DNA from: Macrostomum lignano
Lineage: Eukaryota
Length of the DNA: 64,000 nucleotides
NCBI GenBank assembly: GCA_002269645.1
Contig: NIVC01000991.1
Span: 310,001 to 374,000 of the forward strand
Reading direction: 5' to 3'
Positions 46,301 to 58,990 of this stretch are shown piece by piece; positions within the stretch are counted from its first letter, which is position 1, and the number at the start of each line of letters is the position of its first letter. The notes under the pieces are model-generated. The model searched no databases, was not told where the DNA came from, and was given only the letters and a program-made list of their open reading frames with translations. A program made the translations under genes and the position numbers.

Positions 46301-49300
46301 GCTGAAATTGACGACTGGAAGTTGAAATTCCAAGAAACCAGCCAGAATTATGAGTCAAGTGAAGCGCAACTGTCCCAATTAAGATTGGAGCTTGAAGCGA
46401 AATCTACCGAAGCGGATGACTGGAGAGCTAAATTCCAAGAAACTCAAAATCAACTTGACGCCACGTTGCATTCTCACGAAGTTCAAATCTCGCAGCTGAG
46501 ATCGGACATCGAGGCAGCAGCTTCAGATGTAGAGCACTGGCGATCCAAGTGTCAGGAAGCGCAATCAGAGCTAGAGACAGCCATGCAGGCCCATGTAGAC
46601 CAGCTAACACAATTGAAATCCGAATATTCGGCAAAATCTGCCGAGACAGACGACTTGAAAGCAGCTCGTCAAGAGCATCAGCAAAATTTGGAGCAGCTTT
46701 GCAGCGATTTAGCAGCCAGAGAGACCGAGCTCTCCCAGCTGAGGTCGGATTGCGCAGCCAAAGCATCCGAAGCTGAAAATTGGTTGGCTAAGTGTCAGGA
46801 GCTTGAGCATCAATTAGCTCAACTGGAAAGCCAACTAGAAGCCAAAGAAATTGAATTAGGCCAATCGCGATCTGATCTTGAAGCCAAGTGTTTGGAGCTT
46901 GACGAACTCCGGTCCAGCAGCGAAGAGCACAGACGCCAGCTGGAGCAGTTTGGCAGCAGTCAGGAGGCAAGCGAGGTAGTCTTAGCCGAACTGCGAGCTG
47001 ACTGTGACTCCAAAGCGGCCGAGGTGGACACTTTGAAGGCTCACTGCAATGAACAGGAGAATGAGTTAAAGGAGCTGAGCAGCCGACTGGAAGCATCTGA
47101 GGCTGAGGCTACTCAAGCCCGTTCCGATTGTTTAGCCAAATCAGCAGAAGCTGAGAACTGGCTGGCTAAGTGTCAAGAGCAGCTGCAACGATTGCAAGAA
47201 GTTGAAGCTGGCGAAGAGTTGAAAGACGCCGAACTGTCTAAATTGCGATCGGATTTGGTTTCCGTGACAGCCGAGGCGGATAATTGGCGAGCGAAATGTG
47301 AATTGCTTGAGCAGGAGCAGGCTCTGCAGATGGATCAATTAGCCAGTGGTCAAGAAGCTATTGAGGCCGAACTTCGAGCTCAGATTGTCGAATTGACGGC
47401 TGAGAATCGGGCCAATTTGGAGGCGGCTGATGAAGCTCGAGAGAAGCTGGCCGCTACGGAAGCTGCCTCCGCAGATGCTGGCCGATCAACTTTGATGCGG
47501 ATATTGAAAAAGATTGACAATCTGGTCGAAGCGTTGGATGTGAAATCTTCAGACTCGGGCGAGGATAACGAGGGCGAGACTGCGGCGATGAATTTCCTTG
47601 ATTTGGCGGCTGAAGCTGCTGCAGCGATGAAGCAACAACTGGCAGAGATGAAGACCGAACGGGAAGCTGAGGCTCAGGTGGGTATGATCTAATCTAGAAA
47701 ATGATTGTAAATCTGCTTGGCTATGACAAGATTACTGGTCAAGGTTAAGAGCTTCAATCTGACTAGAATCTTACGAGCGAAGTAATGGTAAATTCCGCTG
47801 AACCCTGAAAATGCACACGCTTACACAGCGTGTACAGCCACTTTGTCATCGTCAACCAGTGCACACATTCTTTCCCTTTGGGGTTTTTATTGGAGGCAGG
47901 GGGCTGTGTAAAGCGACATTGTCACACAACAAGAGGCATTACTACCTGCCTATTCCGCTGACTCCCCTGAGCAGGCACACAAGCGCGCGGATATGTACGC
48001 AGTCATATGCACAGGCACACACTCACAAGAGCGTACAGCGGCCCTAACTGTATTTATCGTTAGGCATGTACACTTCACTGTGCCTTGGGGGTTGGCCCTC
48101 AAAGGCTGGTAATTGCACGAGCAGAGCCAAGCCGAGATTCCAATTTAGCTCCAAAAATTAATGTGACTGCACTGGGAATCGAGCCTGGGCCCCTGGCACT
48201 TCAGAGCGCCGCGCCCGACCACTAGGCTACGGCCTCAAAATGACACTGGTCTGTTCAGTAGCAAGTGAAATTAAGTAGTATGTATTGCACCTGTGAAAAA
48301 GCAATCAAGCCATAAATTACACTACAAAAGATATGAAAGGCAGATTAACTAAAATTCATGAGCAACTATGCTACTATTTTGAGTCAGTAGTTTAGAAGCA
48401 TGTTACATGGAAAATTTGTACCCATCGCGCAGTCTTTCCAACGTCGACTAGCAAGCCTGGAGTCTCAGTTGCAAACCAGCCAGTCTGAGGTTGATCAACT
48501 TCGCGAAGATGTCGACTCGGCGTCCATTGAACGCGATCGTCTGGTTGTAGACGGTGCCGCTGAGGCCACTGAACTCAGACACCAGCTGGACGAGTTGCAA
48601 CGTCGATGCGAGGCCTTGCAAGCTGAACTGTCGGAGGCCAAGGCTAGGGAGGCGGAACTTGAGGAGGCTAAGAAGTCCGACGGGCTTCATGTGGTGCGTT
48701 TTATCAATAGTTTGTTATTATTATTCGTTTAAGGATGATGCTACTGCTTAGTAGTCTGTTAGGCTTTTTAGGTCGGTTTTTAGGTATGTCAAGTAGATTT
48801 TTAGGTAGACTGGGTATACTACTGAGCTGATTATGCAGGCTATTGAGTAAATTGTTTTGTAGATATTGAGTAGACTATTGCGTAGATTGACTAGATTGAG
48901 TAAACTATTGAGTAGATTGAGTAGGCTATTGGGTAGATTGAGTAGACTACTGGCTAGATTAAGTAGACTATTAAGTACATTCAGTAGACTATTGAGTAGA
49001 TTGAGTCGACTATTGAGTAGATTGAGTCGACTATTAAGTAGATTCAGTAGACTATTGAGTAGATTGAGTAGACTATTGAGTAGATTGAGTAGACTATGGG
49101 GTAGATTGAGTAGACTATTGAGTAGATTGAGTAGACTATGGGGTAGATTGAGTAGACTATTGAGTAGATTGAGTAGACTATGGGGTAGATTGAGTAGACT
49201 ATGGGGTAGATTGAGTAGACTATTGAGTAGATTGGGTTATACTACTGAGTAGATTGAGTAGACTATGGGGTAGATTGAGTAGACTGCTGGCTAGATTAAG

Positions 49301-52300
49301 TAGGCTATTTGATAGATTGAGTAGACTATTGAGTAGATTGAGTTATACTACTGAGTAGATTGAGTAGACTATGGGGTAGATTGAGTAGACTGCTGGCTAG
49401 ATTAAGTAGACTATTAACTAGATTAAGTAGGCTATTTGATAGATTGAGTAGACTATTGTGTAGTCGTAGATTGGTTAAACGGATTGAGTAGGCTGTTGGG
49501 AAGATTGAGTAGACTGCTATTGGTTAGACTGAGTGGACTATTGGGTAGATTAGAGACTATTGTTAAATACAGAACCAGAAAGTATTTTATTGGTTTGAAA
49601 GCTGTTTGATATTTAAAATTTTATTTTTAAAAATCTATTTAATGTATATATATGTTTAGTATATACTTGCTATTTAAAATAAATAAACGTTTCCCTTAGC
49701 AGTTTCCACCGTCAATGTTCACTCTGGCTTGCAAAGTTCAGGTAATTTTAGTTAAAGTAAAATATAAGACTATTGAGTTAGAAATCTCAAAATGCTCATT
49801 GGTGCCGTTGGGCTTGGCTGCTCTCTTCAGTTTTTGGCTTGTTGGTTTTGTTCTAATTGAAAATTTATCTGGTAAAATGTTTCACTTTCTACTTCTATTG
49901 GTGACTGTTCAGTAGCCTAAATAGTAAAATCTGAGCTAAATTTAGCTACCTTAAATAAAAATTCAGGAGGTCATCCAGTCGGAGGTGAACAGGCAGAAGT
50001 CGGCCTCAGCCTCAGCGGAGGGCAGCGGTCAGCTGGAAGGTCGACCATCTGACGGGTTCGAATGGGCTGAACAGCTGACCGACCGAATCGAGGCTGTCAA
50101 ATCTTCGGCTTTGTGAGTTCTCTTAGTACTTTAATTGATGAATAAGTTCAGTATTTGATTGAACGTAGTGATTTTAACAAAGGATTTTCCCGCTTTAGAA
50201 ATACGCAACCGACTGGGGACACGGTTAGTCTGGAGGACTACGAAGCTCTTCGGATGCACACTACTGATCTGGAGGTAAGTAGTATAGAACGGTGTTTTTA
50301 GAGGTTTCAGTTCTGCTAATAATACAATAATAGTGACAAGAATCGCTAAAGAGTCATTGCAAACAACTCACAAGGTGACTATCATGGAGCGATTATTGTG
50401 ACTTTTTAACGACTTAAACGTCCGTAATTGTGACCTAAGAGGCGACTGTTGAGTCACGAGCGCATGACGCGCTTAACTTTTCTACTCTACTGACAAGTAC
50501 ATGTAGACTTAATAGAGTTTTTAAAGATGCCCTTTAGAGGCAACTCAGTTACGGCCCCAGAGTCGGAGGCAATAAAATGACTCAAATGGATTCTTTGACG
50601 ACTATCTTATCGTTTTTGGGCTGTCCATAATCACTTCTTTCCTATTTTACCTGCGTTACCTGTAACGACCCAGTACCGTGTCTCATCGGTTGATGACTGC
50701 GCACTTGTCTCAACTCTCAACCCCAACTTACTGCTACATCTAGACTCAATTGAGCAGCGTCAGCGCCGAGCTGTCAAGTCTAAAGCTGAGATCGTCTCCG
50801 GAGCGACCATCGGCGTCGCAGATTGCTCAACTGCCGTCGCCTGGCCCGTCCGAGTCGATGCAGTATCAGTTCGCTTCGTTTATCGAAATTCCCGAGATTG
50901 AATACCTGAGAAATGTGCTGTTCAAGTATATGCTTGGAGAGAAGACCCAGGTAAGTTATTGTTTGTTTAATTCTGACATTGAGCTCTGGTTGTCTGACAG
51001 CCTGGAGTGTCTTCCTGTCAGTCAGTGTCTGACTGTCAGGAGTGTAGTGTCTGTCAGGAGTAGTGTCTGCCTGTCAGGAGCAGTTTCAGCCCATCAAGAG
51101 TAGTGTCTGCCTGTCAGGAGTGTAGTGTCTGTCAGGAGTAGTGTCTGCCTGTCAGGAGTAGTGTCTGTCAGGAGTAGTGTCTGCCTGTCAGGAGTGTAGT
51201 GTCTGTCAGGAGTAGTGTCTGCCTGTCAGGAGTGTAGTGTCTGTCAGGAGTAGTGTCTGCCTGTCAGGAGTAGTGTCTGTCAGGAGTAGTGTCTGCCTGT
51301 CAGGAGTGTAGTGTCTGTCAGGAGTAGTGTCTGCCTGTCAGGAGTGTAGTGTCTGTCAGGAGTAGTGTCTGCCTGTCAGGAGCAGTTTCAGCCCATCAAG
51401 AGTAGTGTCTGCCTGTCAGGAGTGTAGTGTCTGTCAGGAGTAGTGTCTGCCTGTCAGGAGTAGTGTCTGTCAGGAGTAGTGTCTGCCTGTCAGGAGTGTA
51501 GTGTCTGTCAGGAGTAGTGTCTGCCTGTCAGGAGTGTAGTGTCTGTCAGGAGTAGTGTCTGCCTGTCAGGAGTAGTGTCTGTCAGGAGTAGTGTCTGCCT
51601 GTCAGGAGTGTAGTGTCTGTCAGGAGTAGTGTCTGCCTGTCAGGAGTGTAGTGTCTGTCAGGAGTAGTGTCTGCCTGTCAGGAGCAGTTTCAGCCCATCA
51701 AGAGTAGTGTCTGCCTGTCAGGAGTGTAGTGTCTGTCAGGAGTAGTGTCTGCCTGTCAGGAGTAGTGTCTGTCAGGAGTAGTGTCTGCCTGTCAGGAGTG
51801 TAGTGTCTGTCAGGAGTAGTGTCTGCCTGTCAGGAGTGTAGTGTCTGTCAGGAGTAGTGTCTGCCTGTCAGGAGTAGTGTCTGTCAGGAGTAGTGTCTGC
51901 CTGTCAGGAGTGTAGTGTCTGTCAGGAGTAGTGTCTGCCTGTCAGGAGTGTAATGTCTGTCAGGAGTAGTGTCTGTCAGGAGTAGTGTCTGCCTGTCAGG
52001 AGTAGTGTCTGCCTGTCAGGAGCAGTTTCAGCCCATCAAGAGTAGTGTCTGCCTGTCAGGAGTAGTGCCTGTCAGGAGTAGTGCCTGTCAGGAGTAGTGT
52101 CTGCCTGTCAGGAGTAGTGTCTGCCTGTCAGGAGTAGTGTCCGCCTGTCAGGAGTAGTGTCTGCCTGTCAGGAGTAGTGTCTGCCTGTCAGGAGTAGTGT
52201 CTGCCTGTCAGGAGTAGTGTCTGCCTGTCAGGAGTAGTGTCTGCCTGTCAGGAGTGTAGTATCTGTCAGGAGTAGTGTCTGCCTGTCAGGAGTGTAGTAT

Positions 52301-52905
52301 CTGTCAGGAGTAGTGTCTGCCTGTCAGGAGTGTAGTATCTGTCAGGAGTAGTGTCTGCCTGTCAGGTCAGTAGCATCCAAATGTCAGAATGCTACTGACA
52401 ATAATGATAGTTCTCAAACTAACAAAACCCAAACTTCAGACCCTGGCCAAGGTGATTTGCACTGTGCTGAAATTTAGCGAGCCCCAAATTCAACAGGTGC
52501 TTGACTACGAGTCGAAGAAAGCCAATGTAAGTCCAACTATGAATTTATTGATTTTGCAATGCTAATACATATTAAAATTACGGTATATATAATATAAAAA
52601 TGTTTTGCCTTTATCTATCATTCAGCAATAAAGGCTTAAAAATAAATTCTGTAAACTTCGACTTAAGCTGGTATAAATCTGTACTTATTAATTATTTAGG
52701 AGTAATATTTAAAAAAAGCGATAGATGTTGATCTGGTGGCACCTGTTCTAATTATATATATAATTAGCAGTATTATTTGCACTAATAACTAAGCATACAA
52801 CCATGCTTTTAATTAAAACAAAGTTTTAATGAACTGAAAAAAATGTTTTATTTTTATTTTTGTTTTTCATTTCAGTCCTGGTTAGCGCTGAACCGACCTA
52901 CATAG
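34382..52905 (+). CDS. GOLGA4: Golgin-245/p230 (GOLGA4) orthologue with C-terminal GRIP domain, ~2700 aa
   Basis: N-terminus MFQRLKQKIEE; conserved block QDKSLRRISELKEQIELDQLAKRDLEQNYSLMLEEKDE..LKIQVSLLK; GRIP EIEYLRNVLFKYMLGEKTQTLAKVICTVLKFS; end SWL. Exons 34382..34436, 36793..37043 (see finding on an alternative 36622 start), 37150..37284, 38124..38249, 38325..38465, 38990..39466, 40425..40700, 41043..41474, 41902..42281, 42637..47677, 48433..48693, 49967..50112, 50199..50274, 50744..50950, 52440..52526, 52876..52905. Confidence 0.92.
37345..37575. repeat. Three to four copies of a ~60-70-bp repeat containing GGGTAGGGTAGGG and GCCAATCAG, golgin intron
   Basis: GAAACTGCACGCCAGCCAATCAGAGGC...GGGTAGGGTAGGGAGAG at 37357, 37437, 37513. 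Confidence 0.8.
38560..38948. repeat. 28-bp minisatellite, golgin intron
   Basis: Unit GGCCAGGTAAAATCCCAATCTAGATCTA, ~14 copies. Confidence 0.92.
39580..40270. repeat. 17-bp purine minisatellite, golgin intron
   Basis: Unit GTAGAGTGGGGAGAGAA. Confidence 0.93.
42340..42612. repeat. 45-bp minisatellite, ~6 copies, golgin intron
   Basis: Unit GATAATCCAGCATCAAGATCCCAAAGTTAAATAATCCCCATTATC. Confidence 0.88.
43106..45300 (+). repeat. Coding tandem repeat in the golgin giant exon: 84-bp (28-aa) units with higher-order blocks
   Basis: EEWKTKCQEMENSIQTHESES(G/S)QLKSEL x15, three TLEAQCNQLTSEV variants, and three copies of a 39-aa + 35-aa block; block offsets 474 and 642 bp. Confidence 0.97.
47800..48234 (-). 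mobile_element. tRNA-derived SINE
   Basis: Minus strand starts GGCCGTAGCCTAGTGGTCGGGCGCGGCGCTCTGAAGTGCCAGGGGCCCAGGCTCGATTCCC: A box TAGCCTAGTGG, B box GGCTCGATTCC, CTCTGAA loop like tRNA-Gln(CTG). Body shared with 9810-9890; 3' boundary approximate. Confidence 0.7.
48870..49560. repeat. 21-bp minisatellite, golgin intron
   Basis: Unit GAGTAGATTGAGTAGACTATT (10+11 substructure). Confidence 0.9.
51010..52370. repeat. 16/18/20-bp composite minisatellite with 302-bp higher-order repeat, in the intron splitting the GRIP domain
   Basis: GTCAGGAGTAGTGTCTGCCT-type units; marker CAGTTTCAGCCCATCAAG at 51081, 51383, 51685, 52023. Confidence 0.93.
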
Positions 52906-53577
52906 CCTACTTATAAACTCGACTTGTAGCAGTAGTATTGATGGACATTGTTTTGAGTCTGTGATAACACCTTAAGAAAATAGCAGCGTGAAAGAGAATA
53001 TTGCTCCCTTGGTGTGCATATTTTAATTTATCTCACAATACTTGACTCAACTGTTTACAGTTTTCTTTTTAGTTTGAAAGCTAATACATAATTAGCTGGT
53101 ATTATTAATCTAGCTCCATATACTGTTTGCGTTTGTCTATTTAAAATTTAGTCTAAAGAAATAATAAAATAGCTCACAGCGACCACAGCACAGCCTCGTG
53201 ACTTTTCATACATTCTTTTTGTGTAAAACCGTGTTGCTAAACTATTAATTACCATTGTTATCCGATATTTGGCAGTCAGTTTTATGGATTTATTATATTT
53301 GCGTGTTTCCGCCAATTTCATTTTTACTGTTTAATTAGCATCTCTGTTTTTAGCCTGTTCATTACGACTGTGTTCCGTGTGACCCATTTCATTTTTTGTT
53401 GTTTTGTTCCCGTTTTTAGCCAGGTATTTGTTGAATTTTTTCTCTTGAAATAAACTTTGTGGACTGCGTTAAACTTGCATGAAATTACATGCTTCCTGTG
53501 CAGATTCCCACTTCCTGAGAGGCCATTAACGATAAAAAATACTTTTCGGTATGCTTAACTACTTATGCTACTTTATG

Positions 53578-53835
53578 CCTCCCAGATCCTCAGTTGCTCG
53601 GCAGCCTTCGAGAACCTCAGTTGCTGGGCAAGCCTCCCAGATCCCCAGTTGCTGGGCCAGCCTCCCAGAGTGTCAGTTGCTGGGCCAGCCTCCCTGAGTG
53701 TCAGTTGCTGGGCCAGCATCCCAGATCCCCAGTTGCTGGGCCAGCCTCCCAGAGTGTCAGTTGCTGGGCCAGCCTCCCAGATCCTCAGTTGCCGGGCCAG
53801 CCTCCCAGATCCTCAGTTGCCGGGCCAGCCTCCCA
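53578..53835 (+). repeat. 26/27-bp minisatellite, inverted counterpart of 58236-58990
   Basis: CCCAGATCCTCAGTTGCTGGGCCAGCCT units, ~9 copies. Confidence 0.9.
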
Positions 53836-54383
53836 CATTCTTGGTTGCCGGGCCGCACTGTTAGTTTCGCAGTTGACTGTTGACTGCCTGCGCCGCAGGC
53901 AATACAGTACAAATTAAAAAGTGAGAATTCCGACTATGCAGTATTTTATTTACAACGGGCTCAAAAAATCATTTCAAAATATTTCGTTTTTATTATAAAA
54001 AGTTGTAGACAGAAAAAATAGTTTTACTCTACAGGCAAACGAGTTGGTTCTGTCTGAATAATAACATTAACTGTAATAAGCTGTTAGTCACACAATGGAA
54101 CAAGTTAACGGCAGAAAGCCTATGTGCGAAGAATGCAACAAAACGACAGGGAGAGATCAAAATGAGTCTAAGTTACCGGAATGTTAAACACTAAGGCCAA
54201 AAACAAAAAATGTTTAACTATTTAACAGACTTGTCTACTCATATCTATGAGAATTCATTTTTCCAAGAAACGAAAGTCAAACTATCCCATATCCTAAGGA
54301 CAGATCCCAGCACGGTAAAATGAAATCGGTTGAACTGACACTGAATCACAGTTTAATACTTGTGCACGCGCCGACAATCGGCC

Positions 54384-57300
54384 TCACAGCAGGCTGCATG
54401 CCTGCCAACTGCCTTTACTAGCATCAACAACAGCATCGGCAGCAGCTGCCTGACAGATCGCCCTGGTGGCCATCTGCTGCTCAGTAGCCGAACGAATCTC
54501 CAAGCGATCCAGCTGAGCGAGCAGTCGGTCTCGCCTTTTCAATTCTCTGGCCAGCTCTCGCGACAGCTGCGGCTCCAGCGACTGGCATTGGCCTGAAATG
54601 CGTTTATTGGGTTTTAATGGTTGCTATAAGTCGGTGAGATGCTTAAACCGAGGGCGCCATCCGTCCCCTACAACCAGTGCTGATGGCAATTCTGTCCATT
54701 CCCACTGACTCCTGAGTACATACAAGCACTCATTTTAGCGCCGCAGGCACTCATTTTAGCGCCGCAGGCACTCATTTTAGCGCCGCAGGCACTCATTTTA
54801 GCGCCCGCAGGCACTCATTTTAGCGCCCGCAGGCACTCATTTTAGCGCCCGCAGGCACTCATTTTAGCGCCCGCAGGCACTCATTTTAGCGCCCGCAGGC
54901 ACTCATTTTAGCGCCCGCAGGCACTCATTTTAGCGCCCGCAGGCACTCATTTTAGCGCCCGCAGGCACTCATTTTAGCGCCGCAGGCACTCATTTTGACG
55001 CCGTAGGCACTCATTCTAGCGCAGCAGGCACTCATTTTGGCGCCTCAGGCACTCATTTTGGCGCCGCAGGCACTCATTTTGGCGCCGCAGGCACTCATTT
55101 TAGCGCCGCAAGCAGTCATTTTAGCGCCGCAGGCACTCATTTTAGCGCCGCAAGCACTCATTTTAGCGCCGCAAGCACTCATTTCGGCGCCGCAGGCACA
55201 CATTTTGGCGCCGCAGGCACTAATTTTAGCGCCGCAGGCACTCATTTTGGCGCCGCAGACGCTCATTTTAGCGCCACAGGCATACATTTTAGCGCCACAG
55301 GCACACATTTTAGCGCCGCAGGCACTCATTTTGGCGCCGCAGACGCTCATTTTAGCGCCACAGGCACACATTTTAGCGCCACAGGCACACATTTTAGCGC
55401 CGCAGGCACTCATTTTGGCGCCGCAGACGCTCATTTTAGCGCCACAGGCACACATTTTAGCGCCGTAGGCACACATTTTAGCGCCACAGGCACTCATTTT
55501 AGCGCCAGAAGCACTCATTTTAGCGCCTCAGGCACTCATGCGGCGCTATCTTTCGTCGCCCTGAAGCAACGTTATTGATTTCCATAACGGGTCACAAGTC
55601 ACACAAGTCAAATGAATATGACCGCGCGCGGAATAGAACCAGGGGTCGTTAAGCGCGAGAGTCAGCCATGTTCGCCCTCCCCCGCATCACCTCGTCCTCA
55701 CCTGCCTGCAGATGCCTGCGAATCCTTCGTTTTAGCGATTCCAACCGATTTAACTGTTGCAGTTCCCGCTGCATCAGCTCCAACTGTTGCCACCTGTTGT
55801 GCAGCAGCAGCCGGCGCATCAGCAGGCTGTACCAGTCGGCCAGCAGGCCTCGAACTCCGGTAGCCACCGCGCCAGAACCCGGCGCCGCAGATCTACTCAA
55901 ACAGTCGCTCAGATCGGCGCACAACCGGTTCAAACAGCACCGCTCATCAACCAGTTCCTGTTGTCGACGGATCAACAGCTGCATAGCGGCGTCGGGGCTG
56001 CGATCGACAATGTCAACAATTTCGACATCCTGCATGTCAGTCTGGTGGTGGTCAATCTGATCGCAGTGGGGACTACTCAAGGCGAGACAGTGCCTCAACT
56101 GTTGGAGAAAGTCAAGCACGGTAGGAACGTCGGGAGTTCGTCGGCTGATCAGTTCGGCTGGGTCCGGCAGTCTGGGTGGAAGGGATACGGAGAGGCACAA
56201 TAAAATCGGTACCCAGGCCAAGAAGTCAATTTAGGTTATTTTACTGCCTGGGACTCTGAGGCGCTTCAATAGGGACTCTGGGGCTGAAGAGTCACTGAGT
56301 TGCGTCTGAATGAGTTGATTTTTTATGAATCAAAATCATATACTCAGAAAAATTGAAAAGCCGCCACTCTATGCGCCAGTGAGCAATATTTCTCTTGGAC
56401 TATTCTGAAATAAAAGACGCGAGAAAACTGGGTAGCTTTAATCCGTCCAACCCTTACACACCGCTCCCTTCACTTCATTCCTCAACTCAAGTCTGCCGCG
56501 GCGTAGTTAAGTTGCGTCACTCGCAAAGATTGAGAGACTTCACCTGCGCTCTCAAAATTGGCGTCCACAGACGGAATCTTCTGTGATGGCGACTTTTCCA
56601 TGTTGCTGGGTAAATTTCGAAATACCAACTGGATTTGTTAGAAATTTGAGCGCTAGCAAGACTCTTAGACGACTTTCACGTAACGACAGCAGCTCACGTG
56701 ACTCAACAGGCGCTTCTACAGTTGTAACCTTTTCAACGGGACAAGCAGTACGTCCTCACCTGGTCACCCCCAGCCGTCGAGCAGCCTCAGCAGCCATCAG
56801 ATGGCACTGCAGCCAGCCAGAAGGCCCAGTCGCAGCCAGTTCAGCAGCCGCCCCATAGTCCAACAGCCCCGGCCTGTGCCGCTCAACAATAGCGCAGAAG
56901 GCCAGGCCGCTACGAAACGAGGTGCTGAGATTTTGTACAACAGCTCCGGGACAATTAGCTGTTGATTCCCTAGCCCAGGTGAACAATCGTTCCAGTTCTG
57001 ACATGTCTAAATCTGACAGACTTCTGTTGGCTTTGATCGTGACCGCCTTTGATTGATTTTCTGTCACCGTGTCAGACTGATCTACCGGTATTGATTGCGT
57101 CAATAACAAGGCTAACGGGTTTTTTACAATGGAGTGTAGAGTGAGGCTGACTGATCCAGAATCGATCTGAAATTTGTTATAACTCAACTAAATTATCATA
57201 ACTCATTTTCGCAGATTAGCTTTATAGCAACGAATTATTAACTGCAATTCAGCGTAGCATAGCAACAACACGGTACAAAATTAACATGGCAACAGCATAG

Positions 57301-58185
57301 CAACAGCATAACAGCATAGCAACAGCATAGCAACAACATAACAACAGCGCAGCAACAGCATGGCAACAGCATGGCAACAGCATAACAGCATAGCAACAGC
57401 ATAGCAACAGCACAGCAACAGCAGAGCAACAGCACAGCAACATCATAGCAACAGCACAGCAACATCATGGCAACAGCACAGCAACATCATAGCAACAGCA
57501 CAGCAACATCATAGCAACAGCACAGCAAGATCATGGCAACAGCACAGCAACATCATAGCAACAGCAGAGCAACAGCACAGCAACATCATAGCAACAGCAC
57601 AGCAACATCATGGCAACAGCATGAAAAAAGCATGAGAAAACACAGAAACAGCAAAGCAACCTTTTTAGCCATCCGCTCGCTAGGCACTAAATCCAATTGT
57701 AGCTCCAAACTCTTCTCAATGCCAGCTGGATCGATGAGATCTAGCGACGCCAGATCTAGCTGGCACCGGGCCAACGGTTTAATCCTAGTCGAACTGAGAA
57801 CAGAAGACAGAGGAGACCTACGCAGAAGCCGCTGTCCATTCCCCTGACTGCAGCGATGCTCTTCAAGTGTGACCGTCACATTGGTTGCGGACAGAGAAGT
57901 CGGTTCAGAATCTCTAAGCAGCATCGAGCCTCTAAAACATTTCTTTGCCTTCGGAGTGGACAGAATGACAGTCTGTGGATTGCTAGACCAGTCAAGACGG
58001 CAGCGCCGAGGGTTGGACAGGCAGGCCGACCAGCTGCTTGGCTCTGTGCTAGCCGAGACGGTTGATGAAGTTGAAGATGAATCAGGAGATGAAGCTGACA
58101 GTGTCACACGAAGATTACCAGGGTTGAAGCCTGCTGCGCAGATTAACGAAGCTGACGAAATGCGGGCCTTGAGCTGCACTTCCGC
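54384..58185 (-). CDS. EHBP1-like unit B: NT-C2 + CH + bMERB + CaaX (CSLL); start codon unresolved
   Basis: Exons 58185..57661, 57166..56760, 56171..55702, 54592..54384 (phases 0/2/1). NT-C2-like SSW..NPRR..W and LARCQLDL..LELQLDLVPSERMAKK|IDSGSVSLTL; CH LFTWARE..VQNLSTSFRSGLAFCAIVERHRPGLLDY..LGVTR|LPDP; bMERB-like LLADWYSLLMRR..LE; ends CSLL*. Confidence 0.82.
54727..55540 (-). repeat. 21/22-bp array of the same family as the interior of the 28590-29106 MITE, last intron of EHBP1-like unit B
   Basis: GCACTCATTTTAGCGCCGCAG is the reverse complement of the MITE unit; the flank GGCGCTATCTTT..GTTATTGATT also resembles the MITE flank. Confidence 0.9.
57270..57622. repeat. 11-bp GCAACAGCA(T/C)A-type microsatellite, intron of unit B
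   Basis: Degenerate GCAACAGCACA/GCAACATCATA units. Confidence 0.88.
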
Positions 58186-58235
58186 CTGCAATAACGAAGA
58201 ATTGGAGACTGGGAATACTCGACTTCTGCTTTTAC

Positions 58236-58990
58236 TGCTGGCCCAGCAACTGAGGATCTGGGAGGCTGGCCCAGCAACTGAGGATCTGGGAGGCTGGCCC
58301 AGCAACTGACACTCTGGGAGGCTGGCCCAGCAACTGAGGATCTGGGAGGCTGGCCCAGCAACTGGGGATCTGGGAGGCTGGCCCAGCAACTGGGGATCTG
58401 GGAGGCTGGCCCAGCAACTAGGGATTTGGGAGGCTGGCCCAGCAACTGGGGATCTGGGAGGCTGGCCCAGCAACTGGGGATCTGGGAGGCTGACCCAGCA
58501 ACTGGGGATCTGGGAGGCTGGCCCAGCAACTGAGGATCTGGGAGGCTGGCCCAGCAACTGAGGATCTGGGAGGCTGGCCCAGCAAGTGACACTCTGGGAG
58601 GCTGGCCCAGCAACTGGGGATCTGGGAGGCTGGCCCAGCAACTGAGGGATCTGGGAGGCTGGCCCAGCAACTGAGGGATCTGGGAGGCTGGCCAAGCAAC
58701 TGAGGATCTGGGAGGCTGGCCCAGCAACTGGTGATCCGGGAGGCTGGCCCAGCAACTGGGGATCTGGGAGGCTGGCCCAGCAACTGAGGGATCTGGGAGG
58801 CTGGCCAAGCAACTGAGGATCTGGGAGGCTTGCCCAGCAACTGGTGATCTGGGAGGCTGGCCCAGCAACTGAGGGATCTGGGAGGCTGGCACACCAACTG
58901 AGGATCTGGGAGACTGGCCCAGCAACTGAGGATCTGGGAGGCTGGCCCAGCAACTGGGGATCTGGGAGGCTGGCCCAGCAACTGGGGATC
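58236..58990 (-). repeat. 26/27-bp minisatellite between EHBP1-like units A and B
   Basis: GATCTGGGAGGCTGGCCCAGCAACTGAG units, ~28 copies. Confidence 0.93.

Noticed and set aside
48160-48234. Functional tRNA genes (also 63770-63838)
   Set aside because: A/B boxes are present, but acceptor and anticodon stems are broken and each runs into a repeat-like body; treated as SINE heads.
50335-50605. Possible MITE from a weak AAGAATC..GAGTCATT inverted match
   Set aside because: Match is short and gapped, with no TSD.
55612-55670. Possible third tRNA-derived fragment (GGTTCTATTCC on the - strand)
   Set aside because: Only a degenerate B box, with no A box or recognisable body.
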